From positions 30,020,464-30,084,463 of the forward strand of contig NC_043011.1 of assembly GCF_006345805.1 (NCBI RefSeq): DNA of 64,000 nucleotides, read 5' to 3'. A program made the translations under genes and the position numbers. Each line of letters begins with the position of its first letter. Position 1 is the first letter of the stretch. Shown piece by piece: positions 12,854-25,629 of this stretch. This DNA is from Octopus sinensis (taxonomy: Eukaryota). The notes below the pieces were generated by a model. That model searched no databases. It had not been told where the DNA came from and worked only from the letters and a program-made list of their open reading frames with translations.

Positions 12854-13631
12854 TGCACTTACATGCATGCACACACACATATACAGGATAAAATTCTATA
12901 ATATTTGTCTACTAAATTTAACGCACACGACATTGATCAACCCATGATTATAAGTGAAGGCATTTGCTCAAGATGCTCTGCAGTGGGAGTGAACCCCAAA
13001 TCACATGGCTGCAAAGCTATAACCATACCCAGTCTATACCAGCGCTACACAACTGGTATTCCACAGCACACTAGTGTGCCACGAGACGATGCTAGGTGTG
13101 CCACAATGTAAACTAAATATAATTTTTGTCCCTATACTTTTAGTTATACTTTTAGTTCAGGTGTGAACTTTGCAAAGTATATAGGTGTACAGCAAATGGA
13201 AAAATGTTGCAGAACACCGGTCTATAGTATAAACGATTTTATTGTATCTTGTAAATCTGAAATTTAGTAAAAGATAGCACAACAATACCGTACTAGTTCC
13301 ATGTTAGTCGAGATAATTGATCATCACATTGTAAAACAGGGGAGTTTACCCACAGCCAGTACATGTTTCAATGGATGTGTTGTCATCTTAACTTCCTAAT
13401 GAATATAAATTAACCTGCAATATAGTCTCAAAGAACAGCAACAAAATGTTGCAGGCCTTTAAACTGAAAAGGTAACCCTGGCCACTTATTCACATGTATT
13501 TATGTATGTATGTATGTATGTATGTATGCATGCATGCATGCATGTATGTGCGTGTGTGTGTGTATGCATACATATATATGTTTATATATATATTATATAT
13601 GATATATATACATTATATATATTCTATATTA

Positions 13632-13752
13632 TAGAAGAGCGTAGGCTTGAAAAGTTAAAGACTTTTTCACTTCCCGAGCGTTATGCTAATATATCTGTTT
13701 GTTGTCTACACTACCTGTCTTTGTCTTTTGTTTTTTTGTGAATTCTCTCTAT
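13632..13752 (+). mobile_element. Putative Penelope-like 3' end fragment between (TA)n tracts
   Basis: GAGC GTAG GCTT GAAAA GTT AAAG resembles the 3' half of a hammerhead; same family inserted at about 52180-52345. Confidence 0.45.
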
Positions 13753-13832
13753 ATAAATCCACTTACAAGAGGCTGAACCCAGAACCATGTGGTTGGTAAG
13801 CAACCCATTTACCACACACCCACACCTGTGCC

Positions 13833-13905
<73 letters not shown>

Positions 13906-14535
13906 ATTGTATATTCACGTATATGTATATGAGTATAAAATTAAGAATGTTTCTTTACTTTTGAGATATCTGCATGTATGTGTATATATATGTGTGTATA
14001 TATTTATATATCACGTGATCACGTGATATATAAATATATACACACATATATATACACATACATATATCACTTGTGCTCAAACCATAAGCAGAATTAATCA
14101 ATTCAACCCAAATATAGGAGAAAAATTTAATATGAAAGGTAAAATTAATGAGATATACAAATTTGTTATATTTCTATACACAGGTAGTCTATTAGCATGA
14201 AGAAATTGAGAATTCTATTAAAGATTTAATAAATTTATCGTGTATCTTTATTGATCTAGGTGAGAATTTATATTGATCAATTCTGATAATGGAATTAACT
14301 TTTGATTTTTCTTCATTCAAAAGCAATGAACCACATGGGACAAACTACAATGCAACGCTTACAGAGTACAGCATCTGAAGGAGTCTCCTTCCTGTAATGG
14401 TTCAACCTAACAGAAACAGAGTAGCATAGCAGAAGTGTGTGCCACTGGGGGCAGTCCATGAGTTTGTCATCCCTACACACTTTCCAGGCTTTACAAGCTT
14501 ATACAGTTGACCCTAAAGAGCCACTCTCCTTAAAG

Positions 14536-14929
14536 TCTTTTATACTCCAGGCACGAGGCCTGAAATTTTGGGGGAGGGGACCTGTCAATTAGATTGATTC
14601 CAGTATGCAAATGGTACTTAATTTATGAAACCCAAAAGGATGAAAGGCAAAGTCGACCTCAGCAGAATTTGAACTCAGACACACGAAATAACTATTTCTT
14701 TACAACTCACGAGGGGCTAAACACAGAGGGGATGAACAAGGACAGACAAACGGATTAAGTCGAATATATCGACCCTAGTGCGTAACTGGTACTTATTTAA
14801 TCGATCTCAAAAGGATGAAAGGCAAAGTCAACCTTGGCGGTATTTGAACTCAGAATGTAGCGGCAGACGAAATGCCGTTAAGCATTTCGCCCAGCATGCT
14901 AATGATTCTGCCAGCTTGCCGCCTTGCCT
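14536..14929 (-). mobile_element. Family A SINE tandem dimer with 12-bp TSD
   Basis: Two cores; CTCTCCTTAAAG at 14524-14535 and 14930-14941. Confidence 0.8.
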
Positions 14930-15159
14930 CTCTCCTTAAAGAGTCATCTGGATCGGACCAAACTCATCCAGCTATGCTATTGTTGAAATAGTTATCAAAT
15001 TTCCCCTTAAATTGTGTTGTCTTAAAATGAGACACATTGAATAAGATAATCTAAGGTACATTATATTTGGAAAAAAAAGGTAAAAAGGAAAGGATGGAAA
15101 TGTTGGAATGTCATTCATCATAATTCTGCACAAACAGACCTGAGATAAAATTACAACAA

Positions 15160-15430
15160 CGACAACAACAGCAATAACAACAACAATAACAACAACTACA
15201 ACAGTAGCAGCAACAACAACAACAGCAACAACAATAACAATAACATGAACAACAACAGCAGCAACAATAGCAGCAACAGCGACAATATCAACAGTAACAA
15301 CACCAGCAATAACAACAATATCCTCATCCTCATCATCATCATCAGCAGCAGCAACGATAGCAACAACAGCAGCAAGGACAGCAACACCAGCAGCAACAAC
15401 AACAACAGCAACACCAGCAGCAGCAGCACT
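15160..15430. repeat. (AAC/AGC)n microsatellite
   Basis: Directly visible. Confidence 0.9.
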
Positions 15431-15523
15431 GTAATACTGTATAGTACTGTCATGTTGTATTATGGGTAAATTTCAGAATCTAAAGAAAGTAATTGTGGAT
15501 GGTATTGGTATCAGTGGTGGTAA

Positions 15524-15754
15524 GGCGGCGAGCTGGCAGAACCGTTAGCACACCGGGCGAAATGCTTTGCGGTATTTTGTCTGCCGTTACGTTGTGAGTT
15601 CAAATTCTGCCGAGGTCGACTTTGCCTTTCATCCTTTCGGGGTCGATAAATTAAGCACCAGTTACGCACTGGGGTCGATATAATCGACTTAATACCTATG
15701 TCTGTCCTTGATTGTCCCCTCTATGTTTAGCCCCTTGTGGGTAATAAAGAAATA
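15524..15754 (+). mobile_element. Family A SINE, full length, with 17-bp TSD
   Basis: GGTATC(A/C)GTGGTGGTAA at 15507-15523 and 15755-15771; head GGCGGCGAGCTGGCAGAA, B-box GAGTTCAAATTC. Confidence 0.9.
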
Positions 15755-15862
15755 GGTATCCGTGGTGGTAATGGTAAGCCTAGGAGATTTTGTTGTGTGT
15801 CAATAATCTTGTTTGTAGTAAATAGAGAAAAAAGAAGCTGATGTTTTGGATTATATCTATCT

Positions 15863-16456
15863 AATCCTTTAGTATTCAGCTTACCCTGTCAAATGCAATG
15901 CTTATTTATTTACATTATTTAGAATTATTCATGCTTATTATGGAGATGTACTTGCATAGCAAGTGACCTGATCTGAGATCGTGTGCTGCAACGGAAACAA
16001 TTGCAGCATGGAAGGTGTTTATAAGCCATTTAAGAAACACACAAAAACTGTTAGATTCACTTCAACATTTAAATTTAATTTGCCAAAATATTTTCATCGC
16101 TTTGAGAATGCGACCTGTTCACTGACAAATTTCCTAGCTGTATCTCATATTAAAAATTCCGTATGCAGCACAGAATTTTGTCAGTGAACAGGTTGCGGCC
16201 TCAAAGCAACAAAAATATTTTGGCAAATTAAATTTAAATGTTGAAGTGAATCTAACTGTTTTTGTGTTTCTTAAATGGCTTATAAACACCTTCCCCGCTG
16301 CAATTATTCATACATTATCTTGTAACATTGAGATTTTGATAATGTGACAGAATATTTTTAGAGTAAATGTAAGAGGCAGAATCTGACCAGTTTTAACCTA
16401 AAACAGATAAAATGTATTGGCCAGATATGGTTGGATATGGCCAGTTTAAATGTTAA
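15863..16456. mobile_element. TTAA-MITE (reverse of 714-912) interrupted by a foldback element
   Basis: MITE sequence stops at about 15935 and resumes at about 16306. Confidence 0.65.
15999..16305. mobile_element. Foldback element with about 130-bp inverted arms
   Basis: Arms about 15999-16132 and 16174-16305 (GGAAGGTGTTTATAAGCCATTTAAGAAACAC / GTGTTTCTTAAATGGCTTATAAACACCTTCC). Confidence 0.8.
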
Positions 16457-18003
16457 CTGTATATCTCTTCCTCTCTTTCTCTCTCACTTTCTCGCACACA
16501 CATGCATACATATACCCCTATGCATATACATACTATATTTTCTCTATTTATCTCTCACACACATGCATACACTACCTATCTTGCCTTGTTATTAACTTTG
16601 AGAGACGTAATTATGAACAATGTCGTGCAAGTTCCATAATTAATGAAATATTGCAGTATATCCATCATTCTGCCTAATACGTGTCAAAAGAAGAATTAGA
16701 ATGCCTTAAGGCTTAGTATCTTTTATGAGGTTTTCAAGCTAATGGCAGAAGCAGTTACAAAGAGTTCCAATTAGATCTGGTTTAGGAAGAAAGGAAGTGG
16801 ATTCAAAAGACATAATTAAACTTACAGTTAACTGGCATCTCACATTCACCTGCTTGAAACAGCCAAGGTACCTTGGCTCTGGGGCACTTTGACCAACCAG
16901 GAAGGTTACAATGCAGACAGTAGCACAGAATTAGGGAGCAGACGAATTTCCATGAGTCATGACACAGTCACAGCATGGTCCTCATGTGTGTAAGGAATTA
17001 AGAGCCGAAGCACTTGCCAGAGGGGAGCTTCTTTGTAAGTCTTCTGCTATTTAGTTTTCCCTAGAATTTCTTGCTATTAAATAGTTTTTGGGGTTCACAT
17101 AAAAACATATTAAATTAAGAAGCCACAATAGTATATTTAGGGCACCTAAAAAAATTTTGCTTCAGATATGTGTATTGGTATGCATTGCAAGAAACAGCTA
17201 GGTTTCTTTCTCTAACATTTTACATAGTTCAACCTACACAAGTTTCTAATTCTCCTTCACCATCATCATCATCATCATCATCATTTCACGCCCATTGTTC
17301 AAGCTGGCATGGGTTGCAGGAAGTCATACTTAATAAAATCTATAAACACACACTTGTCAATATTTCACTTATTTTTATTTTCCAAGGAAGTTGATGTTTG
17401 TTTATGTCTATAAAAGTATGTTTCGCTACACTGATTCTGTAGCCTTCTCAGTGGGTGTTTATTTTTTCTTTTAAATACTTGGTTTTTAGCTTTCAGTTCA
17501 TTTTTGTATTGTTACAAACTAAAAAACTGAATATTTAAAAGAAAAAAAAATATGTACATCCATTGACAACCTTACAAATTGATACAGTGAAAAATATTTT
17601 GGGAGATTTTTTTTTGCTGTGGAAAGAGAAAGAGAAGTGAAATGTAGACAAATAACTGGTGAGAGTGTTTATAGATTTTGTTAATTATGAATCTTCCAAA
17701 ATATAACAATAATGGTTTGAACATAGTTTCAGATCAAAATTCTTGCAATGCAAATTCAATACCAAAAGTTGCTGCAACAATTCACAAAAAAAAATATCTA
17801 AATTTTAAAAGCTGTTTTATGTATATTAACAGAGAAAAAAAAATTCCTGTAAAGATCATGCAAAATTGAAAAGCAAGAAAATTTGCATTATTTTCTATTA
17901 TCTGCTATCATGCTTCGAGAAAATTTGAATATTAAAAAAAGTAGAATATGCATAGAGAAACACACACACACACACACACACACATACATACACAGATATT
18001 TTT

Positions 18004-18036
<33 letters not shown>

Positions 18037-18548
18037 TTATGTGTGTGTATAAATATACATGAAATAAAAAATACATAGACAGTTACTCTATATCCAATTG
18101 ACTACTCCTAATGTCTTCATTCCTCCCTAAGGAAAAGGGATACATATGACAATATCTATGACCATACCTAGCCATAAGCTATCATCTCACTCTTGCACTT
18201 TATTCTAAACAGACAGCCCTCTAGTCTTAGATGAATTAGAAATGAATCACAATCCTTTACAAGCTATGACCCCAATGAGCTTCATACAATTTTTTGAGGT
18301 GTAGCATATTCTTACCTACAATAGTGACAACATGAATTTCTTCCATCCTCTTGCTCTGTTAAAGCATTTGAGAAAAATTATATTAATGTGTCCAACTGGT
18401 TAAAATTCTATTTATTTATTTGTGCAGCTGAAGATGGCACTGATTGCATTGTTCAATTAAATGGAGCTGCTTGAAACGGTCGTACTGCATCACTACTTGA
18501 TATCCTGTTGCTTATTTTGATATGAATAAATATATATATATATACATA

Positions 18549-18764
18549 CAAGGGGTACTGAAAAGTTCCTGGCTTTGAGGGTATTGCAAAAGGCCTTGTT
18601 GGAGGCCTAACCTTCCAAGTTCTTTTATAGGGATTGGAAAAACTGAAAGACTGCTGCAATAAGTGCGTAAGTCTGAGAGGGGAATATGCTGAATAAAATC
18701 ATAATTAACTGATCCTCCTCTATTTTCTTTTACTCAAAGCCAGGAACTTTTCAGCAACCCCTCA
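18549..18764 (+). mobile_element. Mariner-derived MITE
   Basis: About 30-bp TIRs AGGGGTACTGAAAAGTTCCTGGCTTTGAG / CTCAAAGCCAGGAACTTTTCAGCAACCCCT; interior encodes a mariner C-terminus (LEKLKDCCNKCVSLRGEYAE*). Confidence 0.8.
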
Positions 18765-19848
18765 TGTGTTTATGTTTGTGTGTGTGTGTGTGTGTGTGTG
18801 TAAATATACCTCAGCTGAATAAAAGATACATAGACACACACACATATATATATGCATTTCATGGCTTTTAAGCATTCAGACATACACAAGCACACATGTA
18901 TGCAGAATCTATATATTGAGATAATGAGGAAATCCCTTTATGGTTGCTAGAAATAGAATCCGTATTTCCACCCACTAACTTAGACCTTACCATCTTTGTA
19001 ACAGAAAGAAAATATTCAATAATGCAGTCATGCTTATCTTTAAACCGATGAGCTGATCATGGTTGGAACGTCTTTAATTAGACTTGATAAATCAATATTA
19101 ACTGAGAATTAGACAACTCTGTATAAATTAATACACACACCTCTACACATAAACATTTATTTTTATGCTCTGATACACACCAATACGATTATGTACATCT
19201 ATATTAACACCCTTGGTATCTCCACACTTTGATGCACATTCCCTAGCTATATTAAATAAACATTTGTTGAAAATACAAAAAGAAAAACCAAAAACAAAAA
19301 TGACAAATGAAAATAGACAAAGGAAAAGAGGAACAATGGCTCCGACAATATTAATAGCCGCAAGTTTATGATACTTCTCACGAAATAGTCAATTCTGTAA
19401 GACTTCAACCCCAAAGGGGAATAATTATTGATTACTCTAACAATCTAATCCCTAGTTACATCTCAAAGTCAGTTCTACTATTGGTTAATTAAATAAACTA
19501 GCTTCTGGGTGAGATTAAAATAACTACAGAGGTCGTTATTTCATTATTTCAGTATAGTATTATGGTTGAGATGATGCAGTTTGTATCAGAAATGACCCAT
19601 GATTGCTAATTTGTTTCCTAAAACTAATCAATGAAGGAAGTTTTGCATACAAAATGACACATGGTAAATGTAAGTTGATGTAATTAATCATTTAATGTCT
19701 ACATAAGGTAAATAATTAATATCCTTGGTGAAAATGCTTAATTAATGCAACATCGAGTTTGTTCCATGCTTTTAATGCTCAGTTAAATAAGAATAAATTT
19801 GTGATAAATTATTAATAAAATTTATTTGTTTATTGCAAATATATTCTA

Positions 19849-19859
19849 CATTATTATTA

Positions 19860-19896
<37 letters not shown>

Positions 19897-19914
19897 CATT
19901 ATTACTACTACTAC

Positions 19915-19958
<44 letters not shown>
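19849..19958. repeat. (ATT)n tract at the 3' end of the R4/Dong element
   Basis: Directly visible. Confidence 0.95.
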
Positions 19959-19960
<2 letters not shown>

Positions 19961-21653
19961 TAGTTTTATTTTTATAGCGTGCTTTCACTTCACTACCGAG
20001 CACAGCTCTGTGTGCCTTGGGTATGTGCTGCGATTTGTTGTGATGCTCTGATGGTTATTGTATGGAAAGTGTTCTGCGTAGGATGTGTGCAGTGCCTAGT
20101 AGTGCAATTTTCTGTATGTTATATGTGTTTGTAAGTCCTGTTGTTTTTGTTATGTATTTGTCTGAATATTTTTTTATCATGCCTAATGCACCTACTATGA
20201 TAGGAATTGTTTCTGTTTTCAGATTCCACATTCTAGTTACCTCTATTTCCAGGTCTTTGTATTTTGAGAGTTTCTCCATTTCTTTTAGAGACACGTTGTC
20301 ATCAGCCGGTATTGATACATCAATTAGAAAGCATTTTTTTTCTTCATGGTCTCTGACAACTATATCTGGTCTGTTGGCCTTAATTTCTCTATCTGTGTGT
20401 ATCGGCATATCCCAGAGTATGGTTGCTTTCTCGTTTTCTGTGACCTTTTCTGGTGTGTGCCTATACCATCTTTTTTCTGTTGTTATTCCATAATGTTGGC
20501 ATAGCTTCCAATGTATGTAGGTTCCAACTCTGTCATGTCTGTGAATATATTCCTTCTTAGCCAGGACTGGGCAGCTAGAGATAATATGATTTATTGTTTC
20601 TTGTCCATCTCCTCATATTCTGCAGTTACTTGTAATATTTCTTTTCATTACATGTTTTTGGTAATTTCTGGTGGGGAGGCTTTGGTCTTGTGCTGCAATT
20701 AAAAATCCCTCTGTTTCTGCTTTGAGTCCTGAGCTTCTCAACCATTGCTGGGATTTTTCTTTGTCTATTTCTTTTGAGTTTAATTTAGTCCAGTATTTAC
20801 CATGAAGGGGCTTTTCTTGCCATCGTTTTATCATGGTTCGTTGCTGTTCTCTTTTTAGTTTGGATTTCATTTGTTTTATAGCTTTTGTTGTTTCTTCATC
20901 TTCTTCTTCTTCTTCATGTTTATTAGGTGGTATGATTTCTTGTTTGTATTTGTCAGCTTCCTTAAATACTGAGAACAGTTTTTTGTTTTGCTCGTGTTTT
21001 GCCGCTATCTGGATCAGTTTTCCTTCCTTCTGAAGTAGATATTTTTGCAGTCCTATGGTGGTTATTTTATAGTAGTTTTCCAGCTGTATAAGGCCTCTAC
21101 CACCTTCTATACGTTGTATATATAGTCTTTCTATGTCAGATTTTGGGTGATGCATCCTAGATCCTGTCATTATTTTCTTGTTTTCCTATCTATTTTGGTC
21201 AGTTCATTTCGTGTCCAGTTAAGGATATTGTAGCTGTAACTTATAACTGGGACAGCTAAAGTGTTGATACCTATTATCTTGTTTTTAGCATTGAGCTCTG
21301 TTTTTAGTATTGATCTAACTCGTCTATAATATTCTTTTTTTATTTTCTCTTTCATTTGTATGTGTTGTGTCTTATCTAGTTCATGGATTCCTAAGTATTT
21401 GTAAGTTTGGCTTTGGTCTAATTCTTTTATTTCATTGGTTTTATCTAGTGTGATGTTGCTACTCTTAACTAGTTTTCCTCTTTTCATGGTTACTTTGGCG
21501 CATTTTTCTAATCCAAATGTCATATCTATTTCTTTGTCATTTGCAGCGTATAGTTTTAGGTCATCCATATATAAAAGGTGGCTGATCGTTTTGCCGTAAC
21601 ATTTATATCCGCATCCAGTTCTATTTAGCATATCAGATAGAGGTGACAGTGCC

Positions 21654-21656
<3 letters not shown>
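19959..21656 (-). mobile_element. 5'-truncated R4/Dong-clade non-LTR retrotransposon (RT C-half, CCHC, restriction-like endonuclease)
   Basis: RT motif SHLLYMDDLKLYA; knuckle CRI*GDGQETINHIISSC; RLE motif RPDIVVRDHEEKKCFLIDVSIP...K..KY; 3' UTR of about 95 bp; (TAA)n on both sides. Confidence 0.9.
20055..21656 (-). pseudogene. Disrupted RT-RLE ORF of the R4/Dong element
   Basis: One-base frameshift in an A-run at about 21170, TGA replacing the second knuckle Cys at about 20613, apparent short deletion after YAANDKE. Confidence 0.85.
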
Positions 21657-21709
<53 letters not shown>

Positions 21710-21759
21710 CATTATTATTATTATTACTATTATTATGATTATTATTATTATTATTATTA

Positions 21760-21807
<48 letters not shown>

Positions 21808-21825
21808 GTCATCATCATTATCATT
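21657..21825. repeat. (ATT)n tract at the 5' junction of the R4/Dong element
   Basis: Directly visible. Confidence 0.95.
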
Positions 21826-22825
21826 GAGTGAGAGAGCAGTGCATGCCATCAAAGTGACACTGGGATAAAATATACGAAGCCCAGTATACCCATCACGATT
21901 ACCCGTCTGATAAGGGTACACCAAGCACATGCATCACAACCATATGTGCGCGATATGGTGATCTCATATCAAGATAAACAGCACATGACCTTGCAGGTGG
22001 GGCCCAGCTAGAATTTTTTTCTTATAATACAAATAGCATCCTTTTTCATTCAGCTATTAATCTTTAGGACAAATTTCCAGTGCCCATCCAACACACACTC
22101 TCTCTCTCGTACACACACACATACATACACACACACACACATACACACACATGCACATTCATCACTAACACCCCTATCACTCATTATTGACATTTATAAC
22201 TCCTATTCTTTCATCATTAATCTTCATTGCTTCAGTCATTCACACTTATGTCATTCTCTCATCTGTCACTCTCTATTGACATCCATCATTTTCTCTCCCT
22301 AAACATTCTCTATCCCAGAGCTCTCCTCTCACCTCTCTCTTCTGTCACTTACCCATTTACAACACACTTTTTTTATATCATCCTGCCTCCCTCCTCCTTA
22401 TCAACATTTTTTATGGTGACTCTCATTCTTTTCCTCTTTACTCTCTCTCTCTCTCACCTCTTCTCATCATTTTCCCATTCCTATCAATTTGCTTCTCTTC
22501 TATTATTCTCCCTCCAACACCTTCTTGCATTTGCCATCATGGTTCCCTCCTACAACTCTTTCTCTATAAATTTGGCTAAAAGTGACCGATGGAAGATGTT
22601 GGACATATACATCAAAACCAGTAATATTTTATAAAAGTTTGATTACCCATTTCTGAGTTTTCTTATAAACAGAAATATACACACACATATATATATACAA
22701 TACAATACAATACAATACATTACATTAAATTACATTACATTACATTATAATTTATAATTTTTCCCTTAGAAGGTTTTCACGCTGACTACTTGATAAATTC
22801 TTATAAAGAATTTATCCTATTTTAA

Positions 22826-22861
<36 letters not shown>

Positions 22862-22929
22862 ATATGGAGTGACTTTACATTAAGAAGTGGAACATACAAT
22901 CTCATGATCCCAGCAGACAAAATGAAAAA

Positions 22930-23310
22930 GCGTTGGCCTTAGGAATATCAAGGGAGATGCACTGGAACGGCCACTCTGACTTACAGGACTCACTCTTGCA
23001 GACTGGCATCTCCACCTCAAATAGTGGTGAGTAGAGATATGGTCTGGGGGCCACGAATGTCAGAGGCTTCCACTGTCACAGGCTCAACCATAAACCTGTT
23101 GCTAAGCAACTGATACCTTGACAATTTACTTTGCTCAGCCTGGTGAGCAAAGCAACAGAGCCTGGGTTGGCAGCTGAACACATCAAGTTGCCACTGGAAA
23201 AGGTGTCATAGCATGTGACATCCCAGTTGAGGAGCCTTCTGTCATGGAATGGGAAAATTGTCATACTGTCAGGCCTTTTACTGTCCCCTCAGTCTTGTCC
23301 CACTGGCTTG
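22930..23310 (-). mobile_element. CRE-clade-like non-LTR retrotransposon endonuclease (RLE) fragment
   Basis: Minus frames: GDSKRPDSMTIFPFHDRRLLNWDVTCYDTF, then FMVEPVTVEAS and EWPFQCISLDIPKANA, matching RPDG.T..P.....L.WDVT..DT / F.PVAVET.G / LFQRISLAI.RGNA. Confidence 0.7.
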
Positions 23311-24376
23311 AGATGGGAAGAGAAGCTTGCAGCATCTAGGCCATGCTTTATAATTTTGTTAAGGGTGACATGGCACGGAAGGTAGCAAGCCAATTAAATT
23401 CTGAGATCGATTTAATCAGTTTAAGCCCTTTTAAACAGTGTATCAGCATGACTAAGGTGCAATGGCTGAATCAAATAAAGTATAAAAGAATATATTATAT
23501 ATTACAATACATCCATCCCCTCCGAGATAGCAGTATGTGATTTTAAGTTGATTTATCTGATATTTCTAACTATTTAAAGACCCCTACAGAGACTCTCTCA
23601 TAGTGAATGTATATGTATATTTTGGACAAGCCCACATCTGCCTTGGCTGTGTTATTAATGACCTCTATTATTGATTAGTTTCAATTAACAACTGGGAAGG
23701 TCTTCGTTCCAGAAATGATACATAATTAATTTCTAATAATTCTTTTCTTCATTATTTTTCTCCTTTCACACCTTGAAATGATAACGATCACTTATAAATA
23801 TTTCTTAAATTATATTTCGTTTTTTAATTTAGTGAATGAAATTATTAATTAAAAAAAAATTAATTAATAACGGTGTTTTTCAGAATAGCTGTTCAGCCCC
23901 TGGTCAGCCCTGATTGAGCAGAACTGTGTGTTTCCAGTCGTGTCCATCCAACCTTATTTCCAGGAATAATCATTTAAAGTGTCCTTTTTATATTATTTAC
24001 TACATATTTTATGTTCTGAGTTCAAATTCCACCAAAGTTAACTTTACTTTTAATCCTTTCAGGGTTGATCTAATCAATTGGCCCCTCCCCACAAAATTTT
24101 ATGTCTAGAGTAGAAAAGATTATTTACTACATATTAGGTTACATGTGTTAATAAATTACCATTATTAAAACATTAACAAAACTTCTACAGTGGTCAGTTA
24201 ACCTGCTAAAAATAATAGTTAATTCTCTCTCAAATCCTCATACACTTCCATTTTAAATAGTAGCTGCTTCCCTTCCTTTCCCCTACCTCTGTTAGATGTC
24301 CTACAAACAGTCGAACAGCTGTAATTTTTCAAAGCAGGAGGAACCATTAAAAGCACATACAGGGTTAAGTGATACT

Positions 24377-24978
24377 TATTTCTTTATTGCACACAAGGGG
24401 CTATACATAGAGGGGACAAACAAGGACAAACAAAGGGATTAAGTCGCTTACATTGACCCTAGTGCATAACTGGTACTTATTTAATCGACCCCCAAAAGGA
24501 TGAAAGGCAAAGTGGATCTCAGCAGAATTTGAACTCAAAACTTAGCGGCAGATGAAATACCTATTTCTTTACTACCCACAAGGATCTTAACACAGAGAGT
24601 ACAAACAAGGACACACAAACGGATTAAGTCATTATATCAACCCCAGTGCGTAACTGGTACTTATTTAATCGACCCCCAAAAGGATGAAAGGCAAAGTCGA
24701 TCTCAGCAGAATTTGAACTCAAAACTTAGCGGCAGATGAAATACCTATTTCTTTACTACCCACAAGGATCTTAACACAGAGAGTACAAACAAGGACACAC
24801 AAACGGATTAAGTCGATTATATAAACCCCAGTGCATAACTGGTACTTATTTAATTGACCCCAAAGGATGAAAGGCAAAGTCGAGCTCAGCAGAATTTGAA
24901 CTCAGAACACAGCGGCAGACAAAATACCGCTAAGCATTTCACCCGGCGTGCTAACGATTCTGCCAGCTCACCACCTTA
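24377..24978 (-). mobile_element. Family A SINE tandem trimer with one 13-bp TSD
   Basis: Three cores at about 165-bp spacing, only one head; GTTAAGTGATACT at 24364-24376 and 24979-24991. Confidence 0.85.
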
Positions 24979-25629
24979 GTTAAGTGATACTGACAGTTTC
25001 AACAAAAGGAATGGGGAAAGGATTCTATAAAATATGGGTTATAGTCATCATTATCATTATAATGTCTACTTTTCCAAATTCACATTACTCAGATGAAACA
25101 ATGTTGGGAAGAGTTTTTATATGGCCAGGTAGATGCCTTTCTTGACACTAAAGCCCAACACATTATAAATGAGGTAATAATCTCCAAGTCTATTGAACAA
25201 CAGTCTATACTTATTTATATGGAGAATCGGAAACAAATGACATTGTATCATTGAGCCTTCTGTTTATAAAAATGGTGCAGCATGTCAGGGTGCATCACAA
25301 AGCCCAGATATGTTTTTGTGGTGAACTGCCAGTAAACAGCACAGCAAGGAAATAAGAGCTTATCCCACACACACACACACACATGCACTCACATACACAC
25401 ACACACACACACACAAACACACAAATATATAATTGGCTTCTTTCAGTTTCCCACTACCAAATCCACTTGCAAAGTTTTTATGATCTCAGGGTAACAGTTG
25501 AAGACTCTTGACTAAGGTGCCATGTCGTGGGACTGAACCCAAAACTAAGTGGTCGAGAAGTGAACTTCTTACTGCACAGGCATCCATGCATATAATATGA
25601 GATACTAATTTAATCTAAGGAAGCTACTA

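Noticed and set aside
20062-20493. 143-aa plus-strand hydrophobic ORF
   Set aside because: Antisense shadow of the R4/Dong endonuclease region.
24377-24978. CRISPR-like regular repeats
   Set aside because: These are tandem SINE units with no unique spacers; the context is eukaryotic with no cas genes.
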